DNA of 47,434 nucleotides from a candidate division WOR-3 bacterium (lineage in GTDB: Bacteria; Hydrothermota; Hydrothermia; LBFQ01). Numbering within the stretch: position 1 is the stretch's first letter; the number at the start of each line of letters is the position of its first letter. Under the pieces are notes generated by a model that had not been told where the DNA came from, ran no database searches, and saw nothing but the letters and a program-made list of their open reading frames with translations. The stretch covers positions 1 through 47,434 of the forward strand of contig JBDRWW010000009.1 in the NCBI GenBank assembly GCA_039802605.1, in the 5' to 3' direction. A program made the position numbers and the translations under genes. Shown in pieces: positions 10,243-20,707 of this stretch.

Positions 10243-12032
10243 AAATTGATGGAAGTATTTGTAATGAATTGATAAAGACCGTTAAAAGAAGGGAAAACGC
10301 ATTAGTGGTTATTCCCCCTCTTGTGAATGTTGATGTTGATGAATGCTTTAAAAGTAGGGGAATTGAGGTTATATCACCCGGAAACTTTAAGGGGTGGAGA
10401 TTCTTAGAAAATCTGTTCGGTATAAGGCGGGTTGTTTTAATTAAAGACCTAAGGGATGATTTTGTGAATTGGGTATTGCATTACCGACGAAAAAAGATTC
10501 CAATTGTATGCGTTTTGAGGATGGGGAATCAGATGAAAACAATGGCTACGATTTTGGGAAAGTACAACCTTTCAAAGTGGGATATTTTTGATAGAATTTT
10601 GGAATTAAAATTGGGTGACAATACAATTGTTTCGCAGGATATTCAGGAAAAATATTCTTATTTATCGGTTGATCAAAAACTGATGCTGAAAAACATATAT
10701 TTCTTGAATGTTTTGGGTATAACCCCCGATGTTGAAACGCTTTTAAGGATAACCAATATTGATCGCAAAGTTGTTGAAGAGACTATAAGTCTTTTTGAAT
10801 TTTTTGAGTTTGTTAAATTGGAAGGTAAGAAAATATTGGGTAATATGGAGGTTTTGGAATACCTTTTTGGAGCAGAAAGTTTACGCGAGGATTATATAAA
10901 GAGGATCTACGATTACATTGAAGTTGAGGATTTGGTTAAACTTGTGGATTATATTTACGATTATGGCCTTGATGTTTCCCTGGGTTTGGAAATTTTGAAA
11001 AGCGCATTAATGAAAATCAATGTAATAAATAACCCCAAACTTTATGCTAACATTAAATACTATCAGGCAAAACTCCACATCAAACTCCTCTCTTTAACCG
11101 GGGGCAACCCTGAGAAAATAATAACATATGCGAAGGAATCGGCGGAAATAAGGAAAAGATTGGGGGACGAAATTGGTTATATTGATGCGTTAAACTTAAT
11201 AGGTATTGGGTATTTAACCGCTTCACAATCCGAAAATTCCCTTAATAATCTGATAAATGCCGAAAAAACCTTTATTTTTATATTGGATTTTACCAAGGAT
11301 AAATACCCCCTTGAAATGGCCATTGCATCTGTGAATTTGGGTATAACATATTTACGATTTGCGGAGATAATTGGGGATATTACATATGCCTTAAAAGGTG
11401 AATACCATCTAAAGGATGCGATTAAAGTTTTTAGGAGTTTAAACCTGAAAGATAGGCTTTTAAATGCATTGATAAATTTGGGGGTTATTTACGATGTTTT
11501 GGGAAGACTTTTAGGGAGTGATAAATACTACGCCGAAGCCATATCCGCATATCGTATGGCAAAGGATCTTGCAAAGAACAGGGAAAGGTCAATTATAAGT
11601 TTAATTGATAATAACCTGGCGTTAGCATTAATGGGTTTGGCAAAGGTGAAAAAGGATATAAAATATTTACATGAAGCGGAGAATATTCTTGTAAATTTAC
11701 CAATTCCCGAAAATGCACCCCTCATGCACCTTAGAAAATATAAGAACTTGGCAAGCGTATATTATGCCATGTTTGAAATCAGTAGGGATAGGAATTACCT
11801 CTATAAATCCGCGGAGTATTTGGAAAAAATCCTTGAAAAACATGAAACCCTTACGCGCCCACCATACTTTTGTAGTGTGGCATTGGAATTGTCGGAAGTT
11901 TATGGAAGGCTGGGAATGTTTGATAGAATAAAATCGTTGATGAAAAGGGTTATAAACGTAGCGGGAAAAAACAACCTTGAACACTATAAGAAACAAGCCG
12001 AAGAAATCCTTGAAAAGTTTAAATTATCCTGA
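10239..12032 (+). CDS. Tetratricopeptide-repeat protein with uncharacterised N-terminal region
   Basis: Repeated A..NLG..Y.........A...Y..A TPR units in the C-terminal half; ATGA overlap with pstB. Confidence 0.7.
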   Translation: MKIDGSICNELIKTVKRRENALVVIPPLVNVDVDECFKSRGIEVISPGNFKGWRFLENLFGIRRVVLIKDLRDDFVNWVLHYRRKKIPIVCVLRMGNQMKTMATILGKYNLSKWDIFDRILELKLGDNTIVSQDIQEKYSYLSVDQKLMLKNIYFLNVLGITPDVETLLRITNIDRKVVEETISLFEFFEFVKLEGKKILGNMEVLEYLFGAESLREDYIKRIYDYIEVEDLVKLVDYIYDYGLDVSLGLEILKSALMKINVINNPKLYANIKYYQAKLHIKLLSLTGGNPEKIITYAKESAEIRKRLGDEIGYIDALNLIGIGYLTASQSENSLNNLINAEKTFIFILDFTKDKYPLEMAIASVNLGITYLRFAEIIGDITYALKGEYHLKDAIKVFRSLNLKDRLLNALINLGVIYDVLGRLLGSDKYYAEAISAYRMAKDLAKNRERSIISLIDNNLALALMGLAKVKKDIKYLHEAENILVNLPIPENAPLMHLRKYKNLASVYYAMFEISRDRNYLYKSAEYLEKILEKHETLTRPPYFCSVALELSEVYGRLGMFDRIKSLMKRVINVAGKNNLEHYKKQAEEILEKFKLS

Positions 12033-13916
12033 AAAATATTCGTAAATCGCTTCCCCTATGGATGCTATATGAAAATTAACCCTTTCCATATCCGAAAGTA
12101 TATCCAAATAAACCTCCCCAGATTCCAAACTCGCCACACCTACACCACTTGAATAAAACTTTTTTCTAAGTTCATCCAATAGGGTTTTAACCTCATCCCT
12201 TCGGTTATAAAGGTTCTTTCCCCCTTCCCTATCCCAGTTGGTTAGTATTACCAAAGCATCCGCAAATGTTTTCATTACCTCCCTGTGCATAAGATGTATC
12301 CCCTCCAATTCGCTTTCCGTTAGGTTAATACCCTCCCTATACATCTTTTCAACCAACCTTGCGATTGATTTTGACATTATATCCCCCGCGTTTTCTATCT
12401 CCTCCATAACATAAGCCAGGGTTACGATCTTGTTTGCCATCTCTCCGGGTATGTCATGGGAGAGGGCTTTTGTAATCAGGGCGTTTGTCCTCTGTTCCAG
12501 GTCATCTATTTCATCGTCGAGTTTCTGAAAGGAAATTATAGAAGAGGGGGATTTACTCCTTATGATTGATGGTACTTCTTGAAACATTTTTATTGCTATG
12601 TTTAGGGCATCGGTTGTTATCTTTTCCATGTATGCGATTATTATGTTTGGGTCTTCAAGGAATACACCCGAAAACACACCCATTTCATCCCCCGCCTTAT
12701 ACACCCAAAGCCTACGAACAAAGGATACGGGAAAAATTAAAATGGCAAACATTAGATTGTAATATATGTGGGATAATGCTATGTCTTTAACCGTATCATC
12801 AACCCATACGGGTAATGATTTCGCAAAGGGGATTAAATACAATAGTATAAGCGACAAGACAAATCTGCCAAAAAGGTTTATTAGGGCTACTTTGCGGGCT
12901 ATACCCGATAGGGATGAGGATGCCAAAACGGCCGTAAAGGCGGTTCCAACATTTGCACCCAAAACTATTGATAAGGCCCCCTCAAAACCCAAAATCCCGG
13001 CGAATGCCATAGAAAGACCTATACCTATGGTTAAAGCCGATGAATGAACCAAAGCGGCGAAAATCGTAGAAAACAAAAACATAAGGATCGTATTACCAGA
13101 AATGTCTCTGAGGAAGGATATAAAAGTGGGTATATCCGAGACCTTGGAGAATGTATTTCCCATAAACCATATGCCAAAAAATGCCATACCAAACCCAAAT
13201 ATTGCCCTACCGTAATGCTGATAACTTGGAAAAAACCTTTCAAAGACATATCCCAAAACCATCAAAATTATTGAGACATATGTTAGCCCCAAGGCCAATA
13301 TTCCAACCGTTATGGTCGTCCCTATACCCGCACCCGCGTTCATAACCAAGGCGGAAGGGGGGGATAATATCCCAATGTCCGTTAATGAAACCACCATTAC
13401 CGTAACGGCCGTTGAAGATTGAAAACCCAGAGCGCCTATTATCCCACCCAGTAGAGCCAAGAGGCGATTTGCGGATAACTTTGTCAAAACCGCCCTTGTC
13501 CAACCCCCAATAGCCCTCATTATCCCGCTTGAACCCCTGTTTAAACCAAAAACGAAAAATACAAAGCCCGCAAAAAATTCCAAAATCCAAAAGAACCAAT
13601 AATTTTCCGGAAGAACCTTTAAGTTGAATTGGTAATGTGCCTCTGAGGTTTTTGCTAAAACTTTAACATCTCCATCCCTTTTGGCCTTTGGTGGTTGAAA
13701 AATAACATAACCCTCTGCATCAGCCAAAACCCTTTTAACCAAAACCGTATCGCCGATGTATAAGAATTCAACTTCGCAACCCGGAAGTGTTTTTAACCTC
13801 AAAGGTTTAAACTCTTTTCCCAACTCAACGGTCTGGTTATTACCCGAAAGGTCAATTTCGTAAAGGGTATCAAAAACGGCGTACAAGGGGCATGATGACA
13901 CTAATAAACCAAGCAT
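12024..13916 (-). CDS. Na+/phosphate cotransporter family protein with C-terminal PhoU-like domains and an N-terminal beta-rich extension
   Basis: QSSTA..GAGIGTT and HSSA..GANVGT repeats; DDEIDDLE, EIENAGD and DMERV PhoU motifs. Confidence 0.88.
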   Translation of the reverse strand: MLGLLVSSCPLYAVFDTLYEIDLSGNNQTVELGKEFKPLRLKTLPGCEVEFLYIGDTVLVKRVLADAEGYVIFQPPKAKRDGDVKVLAKTSEAHYQFNLKVLPENYWFFWILEFFAGFVFFVFGLNRGSSGIMRAIGGWTRAVLTKLSANRLLALLGGIIGALGFQSSTAVTVMVVSLTDIGILSPPSALVMNAGAGIGTTITVGILALGLTYVSIILMVLGYVFERFFPSYQHYGRAIFGFGMAFFGIWFMGNTFSKVSDIPTFISFLRDISGNTILMFLFSTIFAALVHSSALTIGIGLSMAFAGILGFEGALSIVLGANVGTAFTAVLASSSLSGIARKVALINLFGRFVLSLILLYLIPFAKSLPVWVDDTVKDIALSHIYYNLMFAILIFPVSFVRRLWVYKAGDEMGVFSGVFLEDPNIIIAYMEKITTDALNIAIKMFQEVPSIIRSKSPSSIISFQKLDDEIDDLEQRTNALITKALSHDIPGEMANKIVTLAYVMEEIENAGDIMSKSIARLVEKMYREGINLTESELEGIHLMHREVMKTFADALVILTNWDREGGKNLYNRRDEVKTLLDELRKKFYSSGVGVASLESGEVYLDILSDMERVNFHIASIGEAIYEYFSG

Positions 13917-15043
13917 ACCAAACCCCTAAGGTATTCGGAATCTTTAAAATAAATCGGAACCGGATGGTCGGGTGATTGGTATAACCTAAAAAGTATTTTA
14001 ACTTCCCTCAAAAGTTTCTTTGAAACCCGACTTATAACATCCTCCAAATGCGCGTAATCTATGTAATGCGAACAGGAGAAAACCGCCAATATTCCACCCT
14101 TCTTTACAAGCCTTAAAGCCCTATCAATTAATCGGGTGTATCCCTTTAAGGCCCCGCTTATGTTTTTACCCTTCGCAAATGCGGGTGGGTCAAGTATTAT
14201 TCCGTCAAATTCATCGTTGGAGAGTATAAATGTATCAAGCATATCAAAGACATTTCCGGTTAAGGTTTCCGCACCTTTCAGGTTGTTTATTTTGCAATTT
14301 TGTTTTAGTATTTCCAAGGCTTCATCATCTTCATCAACGGCCAAAACCCTTTTAACACCGTTTTTCAAAAGGTGTAATGTAAAGCCACCCGTATAACTAA
14401 AAGCGTCCAAAACCCTATCCCTACCCCTCATAATCCTACCAACTATTTCCCAATTAAGCCTTTGATCAAGGTATAAACCGGTTTTTTGCCCCCCTATGGG
14501 AACAATCATGTTTAAGCCGTTAATCTCAACGATTACATCCCTTGCCCCTCCAAAGTGAAAGCCTTCAAAAGGTTCCAAACCCTCTTGTCTCCTCGCATAG
14601 TTATCGCTTTTCTCGTAAAGGAATTCGTATCCCGCCATTTTAAAGCCCTCTACGATTTCCCCCTTTAATTTCTCGGCACCATAAGAGGATATTTGTATAA
14701 CCACCCCTTTCCCATAAACATCCGCTATTATTCCCGGCATATTATCGCTTTCCGCAAAAAACAACCTATAAGCGCTTTTAAAACCCAGAATGTCCTCACG
14801 AAAGCTTATACTCTCCAATATCCGCTTATAAACCAAACCCGCATTAAACTCTTCCTTTTCCCTACTGTAAAATCTCAAAGCCAAATTTCCTTCCGGATTG
14901 TAAAAAGCACTCCCCAAAAACTTCCCTTTAACATAAACCTGAGCGCATATCCTGTTGTTCTCAACACCTTTAATCCTATCCTTAAAGATCCAAGGGTGAT
15001 AACCGTAATCCGAAAGTTTCCCTTTAAGGGTTATCCTGTTCAT
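13901..15043 (-). CDS. Class I SAM-dependent rRNA methyltransferase (RlmI-like)
   Basis: HPWIF PUA start, GQKTGLYLDQR, DAFSYTGGF, DPPAFAK, SCS, DHP..EYL. Confidence 0.9.
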   Translation of the reverse strand: MNRITLKGKLSDYGYHPWIFKDRIKGVENNRICAQVYVKGKFLGSAFYNPEGNLALRFYSREKEEFNAGLVYKRILESISFREDILGFKSAYRLFFAESDNMPGIIADVYGKGVVIQISSYGAEKLKGEIVEGFKMAGYEFLYEKSDNYARRQEGLEPFEGFHFGGARDVIVEINGLNMIVPIGGQKTGLYLDQRLNWEIVGRIMRGRDRVLDAFSYTGGFTLHLLKNGVKRVLAVDEDDEALEILKQNCKINNLKGAETLTGNVFDMLDTFILSNDEFDGIILDPPAFAKGKNISGALKGYTRLIDRALRLVKKGGILAVFSCSHYIDYAHLEDVISRVSKKLLREVKILFRLYQSPDHPVPIYFKDSEYLRGLVCLVY

Positions 15044-16205
15044 TTACCTCCTCCCAAATCCTCTTTAAATTTATCTTGGATTTTGGCTTCTTATCCCTTG
15101 TAAATAATCCAAAGTGCGCATTATACCCCTCCGCCCACTCGTAGTTGTCCATTAATGACCAATAGAAATATCCCACAACCTTAACACCCTCATCCAACGC
15201 CCTTTTAACCCATTTGAGGTGTTCCCTTATAAACCTTTCCCTTTCCGCCTCGTTCTCCGTTGTTATACCGTTCTCCGTTATTATTACGGGCTTTTTGAAG
15301 TTGTAATTTTTCAGCAAATGGTATATTCCTTTTGGGTAAACCTCCCAACCCAAAGAGTTCCTCCAAACCCCCTCAACACCGACATCCTCTCCAAAGAGGT
15401 TTTTCAACGAAAACTTTACGGTATCCCGCGTGTAATAGTTTATACCCACAAAATCCGCCTTATCCTTTAAGGGTTCCATAAAGCCCGAAGGTGGGGTTAT
15501 AACCCCAAAAACATCGGAATATACTGGCAAAAAGTTAAACAGGTATTCCCTCAAAAAAACCGGGATTTTCCCGAGCTTTCCAAATGGTTTAAAAACCCTT
15601 AAATGGTGGGCAATGCCGACAAAAGATTTTGGAACATTTTTGTGTATAACCTCATAGGCTTCAGCCGAAGCCTTCAACATATGCCTAACAACAATTATCG
15701 CCTTCAAAACGCTTTTTTCCATAGGCGGCCAAATACCCACAACATATGAGTTATAGGCATATACATTCGGTTCGTTTATGGTTATCCAAAACTTCACCTT
15801 TATATACCTGGTTATAAAATCCACATATCTTACGAAAAAATCCATACTTTCGGGGTTTGTCCATCCACCCATCTTGTGAAACCATACGGGGTTTGTGAAA
15901 TGGTGCAATGTAATAAAGGGTTCAATGCCCTCTTTCAAGAGTTTGTCTATAAATTTTCTATACCTGTCCAAAGCCTTTATGTTAAACATACCCTCTTCGG
16001 GCTCTATCCTGCTCCACTCTATCCCGAACCTGTAAGCATTAACGCCTATACGGTTTAAAAGCTTTATATCTTTCTCCATCTCCTCCCAGCTCATGCACGC
16101 CTCACCCACCTCCGGAACCAGGCCCTTTTTTTCGTATAATGTCCAATCGTTATAGGTATTACCCTCTATTTGGTGTGGGCTTGTTGCAACTCCCAAGTAT
16201 TTCAT
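15024..16205 (-). CDS. Glycoside hydrolase family 1 (beta-glycosidase)
   Basis: HQIEG, IEWSRI, TINEP (acid/base), ITENG (nucleophile), WSLMDNYEW. Confidence 0.93.
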   Translation of the reverse strand: MKYLGVATSPHQIEGNTYNDWTLYEKKGLVPEVGEACMSWEEMEKDIKLLNRIGVNAYRFGIEWSRIEPEEGMFNIKALDRYRKFIDKLLKEGIEPFITLHHFTNPVWFHKMGGWTNPESMDFFVRYVDFITRYIKVKFWITINEPNVYAYNSYVVGIWPPMEKSVLKAIIVVRHMLKASAEAYEVIHKNVPKSFVGIAHHLRVFKPFGKLGKIPVFLREYLFNFLPVYSDVFGVITPPSGFMEPLKDKADFVGINYYTRDTVKFSLKNLFGEDVGVEGVWRNSLGWEVYPKGIYHLLKNYNFKKPVIITENGITTENEAERERFIREHLKWVKRALDEGVKVVGYFYWSLMDNYEWAEGYNAHFGLFTRDKKPKSKINLKRIWEEVNEQDNP

Positions 16206-17470
16206 TTTAAAGACCTTATTTTTACCTCAAACTTTATGGGGGAGGCAAAAAATCCCCATCTCTCCCGTAAGGCTTTTTCTATGTATCGCAAGTAAAAATC
16301 CGGTATCGGTCCAGATGATTCTATAACGAATGTTGGGGGTAGGTTCTTTGACTGGTAAAAGGAGTATATCCTTGCGGGTGGTAGGTTTGCCGTTATCAGC
16401 TCTTCAATGAGTCCCTTGGCATCCTTTTTGGATATACGCTTAAACAATCCACCCCTTGCACCTTTTAAAACACTCCTCAAATAATCCATACCCTCGCCCG
16501 TTAATGCGGAAACGGGAACCTTAGGCGCCCAATCAACCATCGCCAACTCGTTAACAACCTGCGCAAACAATTCCTTCTTTTGTTTTGCGCTTAAAAGGTC
16601 TATCTTGTTTATGGCGATTACAAGCCCCCTCCCCTCATCAACAACCAATTTTATGATTTTCTTATCAAGTTTATGGATACCCACTTCCGCATCCAAGACC
16701 ACCAACCCAACCTCCGCAAACCTCAAAGACCTCCTTGACCTAACAAAGGCGTAATAACTCAAATCATCCTTAAATTTCCTCGTGATTCCTGCGGTATCAA
16801 CAACTATCATGTCCTCCAACTCAACATCAACCGCATCCCTCGTGGTTCCGGCCGTCGGTGAAACCAAGGCTATTTCCTTCCCCGCAAAATAGTTTAAAAT
16901 TGAAGATTTGCCCGCATTTGGCCTTCCGAGTATGGCAACCCTAACCTTATCCCTTTTCCCCTTGGGTATTTCATCCGCATCCGGCGGAAGACTTTCAACT
17001 ATTAGGTCCAACAACTCGCCAACCCCCCAACCGTGCGCGGCGGATATGGGAACTATATCCGGAAAACCGAGTTTATAAAACTCCTCCGGTGTTCCAACTC
17101 CCTTTCTCCCCGCGTCTATTTTGTTTATAACGACAATGGCCTTTTTTCCGGCTCTTTTTATTATCCTAGCCAATTCCTCATCCAAGGGTTGAATTCCGGC
17201 CTTAACATCAACCATTAAAAGTATCAAATCGGCTTCTTTTATTTCTTTTAGTATCTTCTCCCAGACATAATTTGCCAATTTATCGCCGGCACCCGCACCA
17301 CCGCTGTCCGCCAAAAGGAAAACCCTACCCTTCCATTCAACGGGTTTATACACAACATCCCTTGTAGTACCCGGAACATCGGATGTTATCATTAAAGGCT
17401 TACCTATAAGCCTATTAAAAAGCGTGGATTTCCCCACATTAACCCTTCCAACTATTAAAACCTTCCTCAA
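16202..17470 (-). CDS. der: Ribosome biogenesis GTPase Der/EngA
   Basis: Two tandem G domains (GRVNVGKS..NKID; GRPNAGKS..DTAG..NKID) plus a KH-like tail. Start moved from 17539 to TTG 17470, 8 nt after a TAGAAT box, which removes the overlap with the divergent gene. Confidence 0.93.
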   Translation of the reverse strand: MRKVLIVGRVNVGKSTLFNRLIGKPLMITSDVPGTTRDVVYKPVEWKGRVFLLADSGGAGAGDKLANYVWEKILKEIKEADLILLMVDVKAGIQPLDEELARIIKRAGKKAIVVINKIDAGRKGVGTPEEFYKLGFPDIVPISAAHGWGVGELLDLIVESLPPDADEIPKGKRDKVRVAILGRPNAGKSSILNYFAGKEIALVSPTAGTTRDAVDVELEDMIVVDTAGITRKFKDDLSYYAFVRSRRSLRFAEVGLVVLDAEVGIHKLDKKIIKLVVDEGRGLVIAINKIDLLSAKQKKELFAQVVNELAMVDWAPKVPVSALTGEGMDYLRSVLKGARGGLFKRISKKDAKGLIEELITANLPPARIYSFYQSKNLPPTFVIESSGPIPDFYLRYIEKALRERWGFFASPIKFEVKIRSLK

Positions 17471-17532
17471 AACCACATATTCTAAGGTTGTTCTTTTTTG
17501 TCTTGAAAGTTCCGCCTTAGAATTACCGCACA

Positions 17533-18483
17533 ATGCCAAGGGTTTTAATAGCGGGTGGGGCGGGATTTATAGGAACGCATATGACGGAATACCTATTGAA
17601 TAAGGGTTGGGAAGTGTTCTCCGTTGACAACTTTTCCACGGGAAAGCCGGAAAATGTTAAAAGGTTCCTTGGAGATCCCAATTATACATTTGAGGAAATG
17701 GACATATGTGAGAATGTCCCCAAGGGAAAGTTTGATTATGTTATAAATTTGGCATCTCCCGCAAGCCCCAAGAAATACCTTTCATTGCCCATAGAAACCA
17801 TGCTTGTAAATTCCGTAGGGGTTATGAACCTTTTGAATTTGGCAAAGGAAACGGGGGCTAGGTTTTTATTAGCCTCAACATCCGAGGTATACGGCGACCC
17901 CGAGGTCCATCCCCAACCGGAAACATATTGGGGGAATGTGAATCCGATAGGTCCAAGGAGTGTTTACGATGAGGGGAAGAGGTTTGCGGAGGCCATAACA
18001 ATGGCGTATTACCGTTATGAGAACTTGGATGTCAGGATAGCCAGGATTTTTAATACTTATGGGCCTTTTATGGATGTCGCGGATGGCAGGATAATACCCA
18101 ACTTTGCATATCAAGCCTTAACGGGGAAACCCATAACAATTTACGGTGATGGTTCCCAGACGAGGAGTTTTTGCTATGTATTGGATATGGTTGAGGGTTT
18201 ATTCCTGCTATTGACAAAGGACGGATTAAGCGGTGAAGTCGTTAATTTGGGTAATCCCGATGAAAGAACAGTTAAGGAGGTGGCGGATTTGATATGCGAA
18301 ATCCTCGGTGTTGAAAAGAACTACGAATATTTACCCATACCCCAAGACGATCCGAAAAGGAGAAAGCCGGACATTACAAAGGCCAAAAAACTTTTGAATT
18401 GGGAACCAAAGGTGGATTTTAAAACGGGTTTGAGGAAAACCTTGGAATGGTATAAGGAGGTTATAAAAAATGCCGTCCATTAA
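17533..18483 (+). CDS. UDP-glucuronic acid decarboxylase family (extended SDR)
   Basis: GGAGFIG, LASPASP, STSEVYGDP..HPQ, YDEGKR, RIFNTYGP, DDPKRRKPDI. Confidence 0.92.
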   Translation: MPRVLIAGGAGFIGTHMTEYLLNKGWEVFSVDNFSTGKPENVKRFLGDPNYTFEEMDICENVPKGKFDYVINLASPASPKKYLSLPIETMLVNSVGVMNLLNLAKETGARFLLASTSEVYGDPEVHPQPETYWGNVNPIGPRSVYDEGKRFAEAITMAYYRYENLDVRIARIFNTYGPFMDVADGRIIPNFAYQALTGKPITIYGDGSQTRSFCYVLDMVEGLFLLLTKDGLSGEVVNLGNPDERTVKEVADLICEILGVEKNYEYLPIPQDDPKRRKPDITKAKKLLNWEPKVDFKTGLRKTLEWYKEVIKNAVH

Positions 18484-19126
18484 TGTATGGTTTGAATCCA
18501 TAGAACCGGCGTTTAGGCCTTACATTTATGCGGCATTATTCGTTTTTGGGTTTCTACTGGGTAGTATTCCATTCGCTTATATAGTTTCAAAGGCCGTTGC
18601 CGGCATTGATATAAGGAAGGTGGGAAGTGGCAATGTTGGGGCAACTAATGTGGCGAGAACCTTGGGATTAAAATGGGGGACATTGGTTTTTGTTTTGGAT
18701 GCATTAAAGGGTTTTATACCGGTTTTTATGGTTAGGCTCCTCGTCCCTTATAACATTGAGTTGGCATTGGCAACGGGTTTGGCACCAATATTGGGGCATG
18801 TATTCACCCCTTTTCTGGGGTTCAAAGGTGGAAAGGGTGTTGCAACATCCCTGGGTGTATTCCTAGCACTCTCTCCAATAGGGGTTTTCTTGGGGTTTTT
18901 GGTTTGGGTATCCGCCGTATTATTAACCGGATATGTATCCCTAGGTTCGTTATTGGGCTCATTAACGGCCTTTGTTTGGATTATGTTTTTTGATCCGAAC
19001 AAGCATTCCTTACCCTTTGTCGTCATATCCGGCCTTGTGGTTGCCCTTATATGGTTTAGACATAGGGGTAATATAAGAAGGCTTTTGAGGGGAGAGGAAC
19101 CAAAGATTTGGGGGGAAAAGTCTTAG
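18470..19126 (+). CDS. plsY: Glycerol-3-phosphate 1-O-acyltransferase
   Basis: GSIP, GSGNVGATN, DALKG, GH..FKGGKGVAT, HRGNI.RL..GEE. Confidence 0.95.
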   Translation: MPSINVWFESIEPAFRPYIYAALFVFGFLLGSIPFAYIVSKAVAGIDIRKVGSGNVGATNVARTLGLKWGTLVFVLDALKGFIPVFMVRLLVPYNIELALATGLAPILGHVFTPFLGFKGGKGVATSLGVFLALSPIGVFLGFLVWVSAVLLTGYVSLGSLLGSLTAFVWIMFFDPNKHSLPFVVISGLVVALIWFRHRGNIRRLLRGEEPKIWGEKS

Positions 19127-19815
19127 ATATTCTGAGGTTTTCGGAAATCCTTGTAGGTGGTAAAAGGGTGAATATTAAGGGTTTTTGGGGTGTGGAAAGG
19201 GGCTTGCTTTTCAAGAGGTTTTATTCCATGCCATATACCATTCCTACGGATCAGGTATTGGAAGGTGGGGTTTTTTATGCCATAAGGCGGAGGTATATAA
19301 AAGGGGAAATAGCATTGAGGTTTAAACCGGATGTTGAGCACATGGAATTCGTATCTCCGGTATTGCGAAGGGGTTATGTTAAGTACGATCGTGAAAGGAG
19401 GCGGCTTATAAAGAGGGCGGAGGAAAGGGTTGAAAGGATTTCGTTTTCAAAAAATGAAGTTGATAAAGTGGTAAGACTTTGTGAGTTGACAGCCAAGAAA
19501 CGCGGGAGGAGAATTCCAAAGAACATTAAAAAGGTTTTAAATTTGGAGGGTGTTGATGTTATAAGCGTGTATATAGGGGACTTGGTTGGTGTTATAATAA
19601 ACTTAGCCCTTAAAGACAGATACCTACTTTGGCAGATGGGTTGGAAAGATTACAACTTTCTGGCGACATTCCTTTTACACATTTCGGTAGAAAGGGGTTT
19701 TTCCTTAGGTTATGATATTGTGGATTTTGGTATAACTACATCCGAAAGGGCTTTAAAGGTTAAAAAGGAATTGGGTTGCGATTTTAAAAACTTTGTTTAT
19801 GTTGTGGGATGGTAA
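19108..19815 (+). CDS. GNAT/FemAB-like fold protein
   Basis: C-terminal pattern 'G+ ..DFG....L..K..LG' typical of FemAB-like GNATs; start uncertain. Confidence 0.55.
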   Translation: MGGKVLDILRFSEILVGGKRVNIKGFWGVERGLLFKRFYSMPYTIPTDQVLEGGVFYAIRRRYIKGEIALRFKPDVEHMEFVSPVLRRGYVKYDRERRRLIKRAEERVERISFSKNEVDKVVRLCELTAKKRGRRIPKNIKKVLNLEGVDVISVYIGDLVGVIINLALKDRYLLWQMGWKDYNFLATFLLHISVERGFSLGYDIVDFGITTSERALKVKKELGCDFKNFVYVVGW

Positions 19816-19824
19816 GCAAGAAAT

Positions 19825-20448
19825 TTAATGGGATGAAACCCAACTTATAAAATCCCTCCTTATACTTTCAATCTGCCTTTTTATTGGTTCCATTAGTTGA
19901 GGGTAATCCTCCAAGTTAAGCAAAGCACCCATGTAGAGTTCAAAGCTCTGTGAGGGAAACTTTTTTTCAAAATCCGATTTTATTAAACTCCAATCCTTAG
20001 GCACTTTTCCATTATAGTACAGAAATGCAAAATCGTAAGGATCCTTTGGGTCTATCCTCCTACCCGCCACATAAATTTTGTTTAGAAGTAAATCGTAATC
20101 GTGGGCTATCCTTATCCCATCTATCTTTTCCGTATGTTTGATATTCTTAAAGGGGAAATATACGAAGGAAACCCTTATGCCGTTTATGATGAAATTAATA
20201 TCATCTATCCCTTCCTCAATATCCTCCACGGAAAACATCCTTCCGAGTTTCACCGCCAATCTCCTTTTTGAAAATTCCCCGTATCTAAAAAAATCCAAGT
20301 CTATACTCATTCTGTGTTTATATTTAAACATTATGGCCGTCCCCCCGGATAAATAAAAGTGTTCAAATCTTTCCCCTATTTCCCGCGCAAGGGTCTTCAT
20401 TTTACCGAATAGTTCCCCATCAATCTTTAACTTTATCATGCCAAACAT
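19825..20448 (-). CDS. AbiEii/AbiGii-family nucleotidyltransferase toxin
   Basis: YLSGGTA......HR.S.DLDFF motif; K....GR...KD.YD. Confidence 0.88.
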   Translation of the reverse strand: MFGMIKLKIDGELFGKMKTLAREIGERFEHFYLSGGTAIMFKYKHRMSIDLDFFRYGEFSKRRLAVKLGRMFSVEDIEEGIDDINFIINGIRVSFVYFPFKNIKHTEKIDGIRIAHDYDLLLNKIYVAGRRIDPKDPYDFAFLYYNGKVPKDWSLIKSDFEKKFPSQSFELYMGALLNLEDYPQLMEPIKRQIESIRRDFISWVSSH

Positions 20449-20695
20449 TTAACCAGAACCTAACACCCCTTTTTATATCGGGATAGCGAAAGGCCAGTTC
20501 ATAAGTCTCCTCCGGATACATATCGTAAATTTTCCTTATATCTTGGAATTTCCCATAAGTTAGAACCCTGTAAATGAGCTTCTCAAGGGGGGCCTTCGGC
20601 CCCTCATCCCATAACCATACCCTCCACTCCTTGGGAACGGGAACTTTCTGCGGATATTTCCACTTAATCCTGGATCCCGGCCCCCTTGTTCTCAT
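20420..20695 (-). CDS. DUF6922-like small protein, putative antitoxin
   Basis: LWD......LI.RVL.YG...D....Y motif; overlaps the AbiEii gene start. Confidence 0.7.
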   Translation of the reverse strand: MRTRGPGSRIKWKYPQKVPVPKEWRVWLWDEGPKAPLEKLIYRVLTYGKFQDIRKIYDMYPEETYELAFRYPDIKRGVRFWLNVWHDKVKD

Positions 20696-20707
20696 ACTCC
20701 AAAAGTA

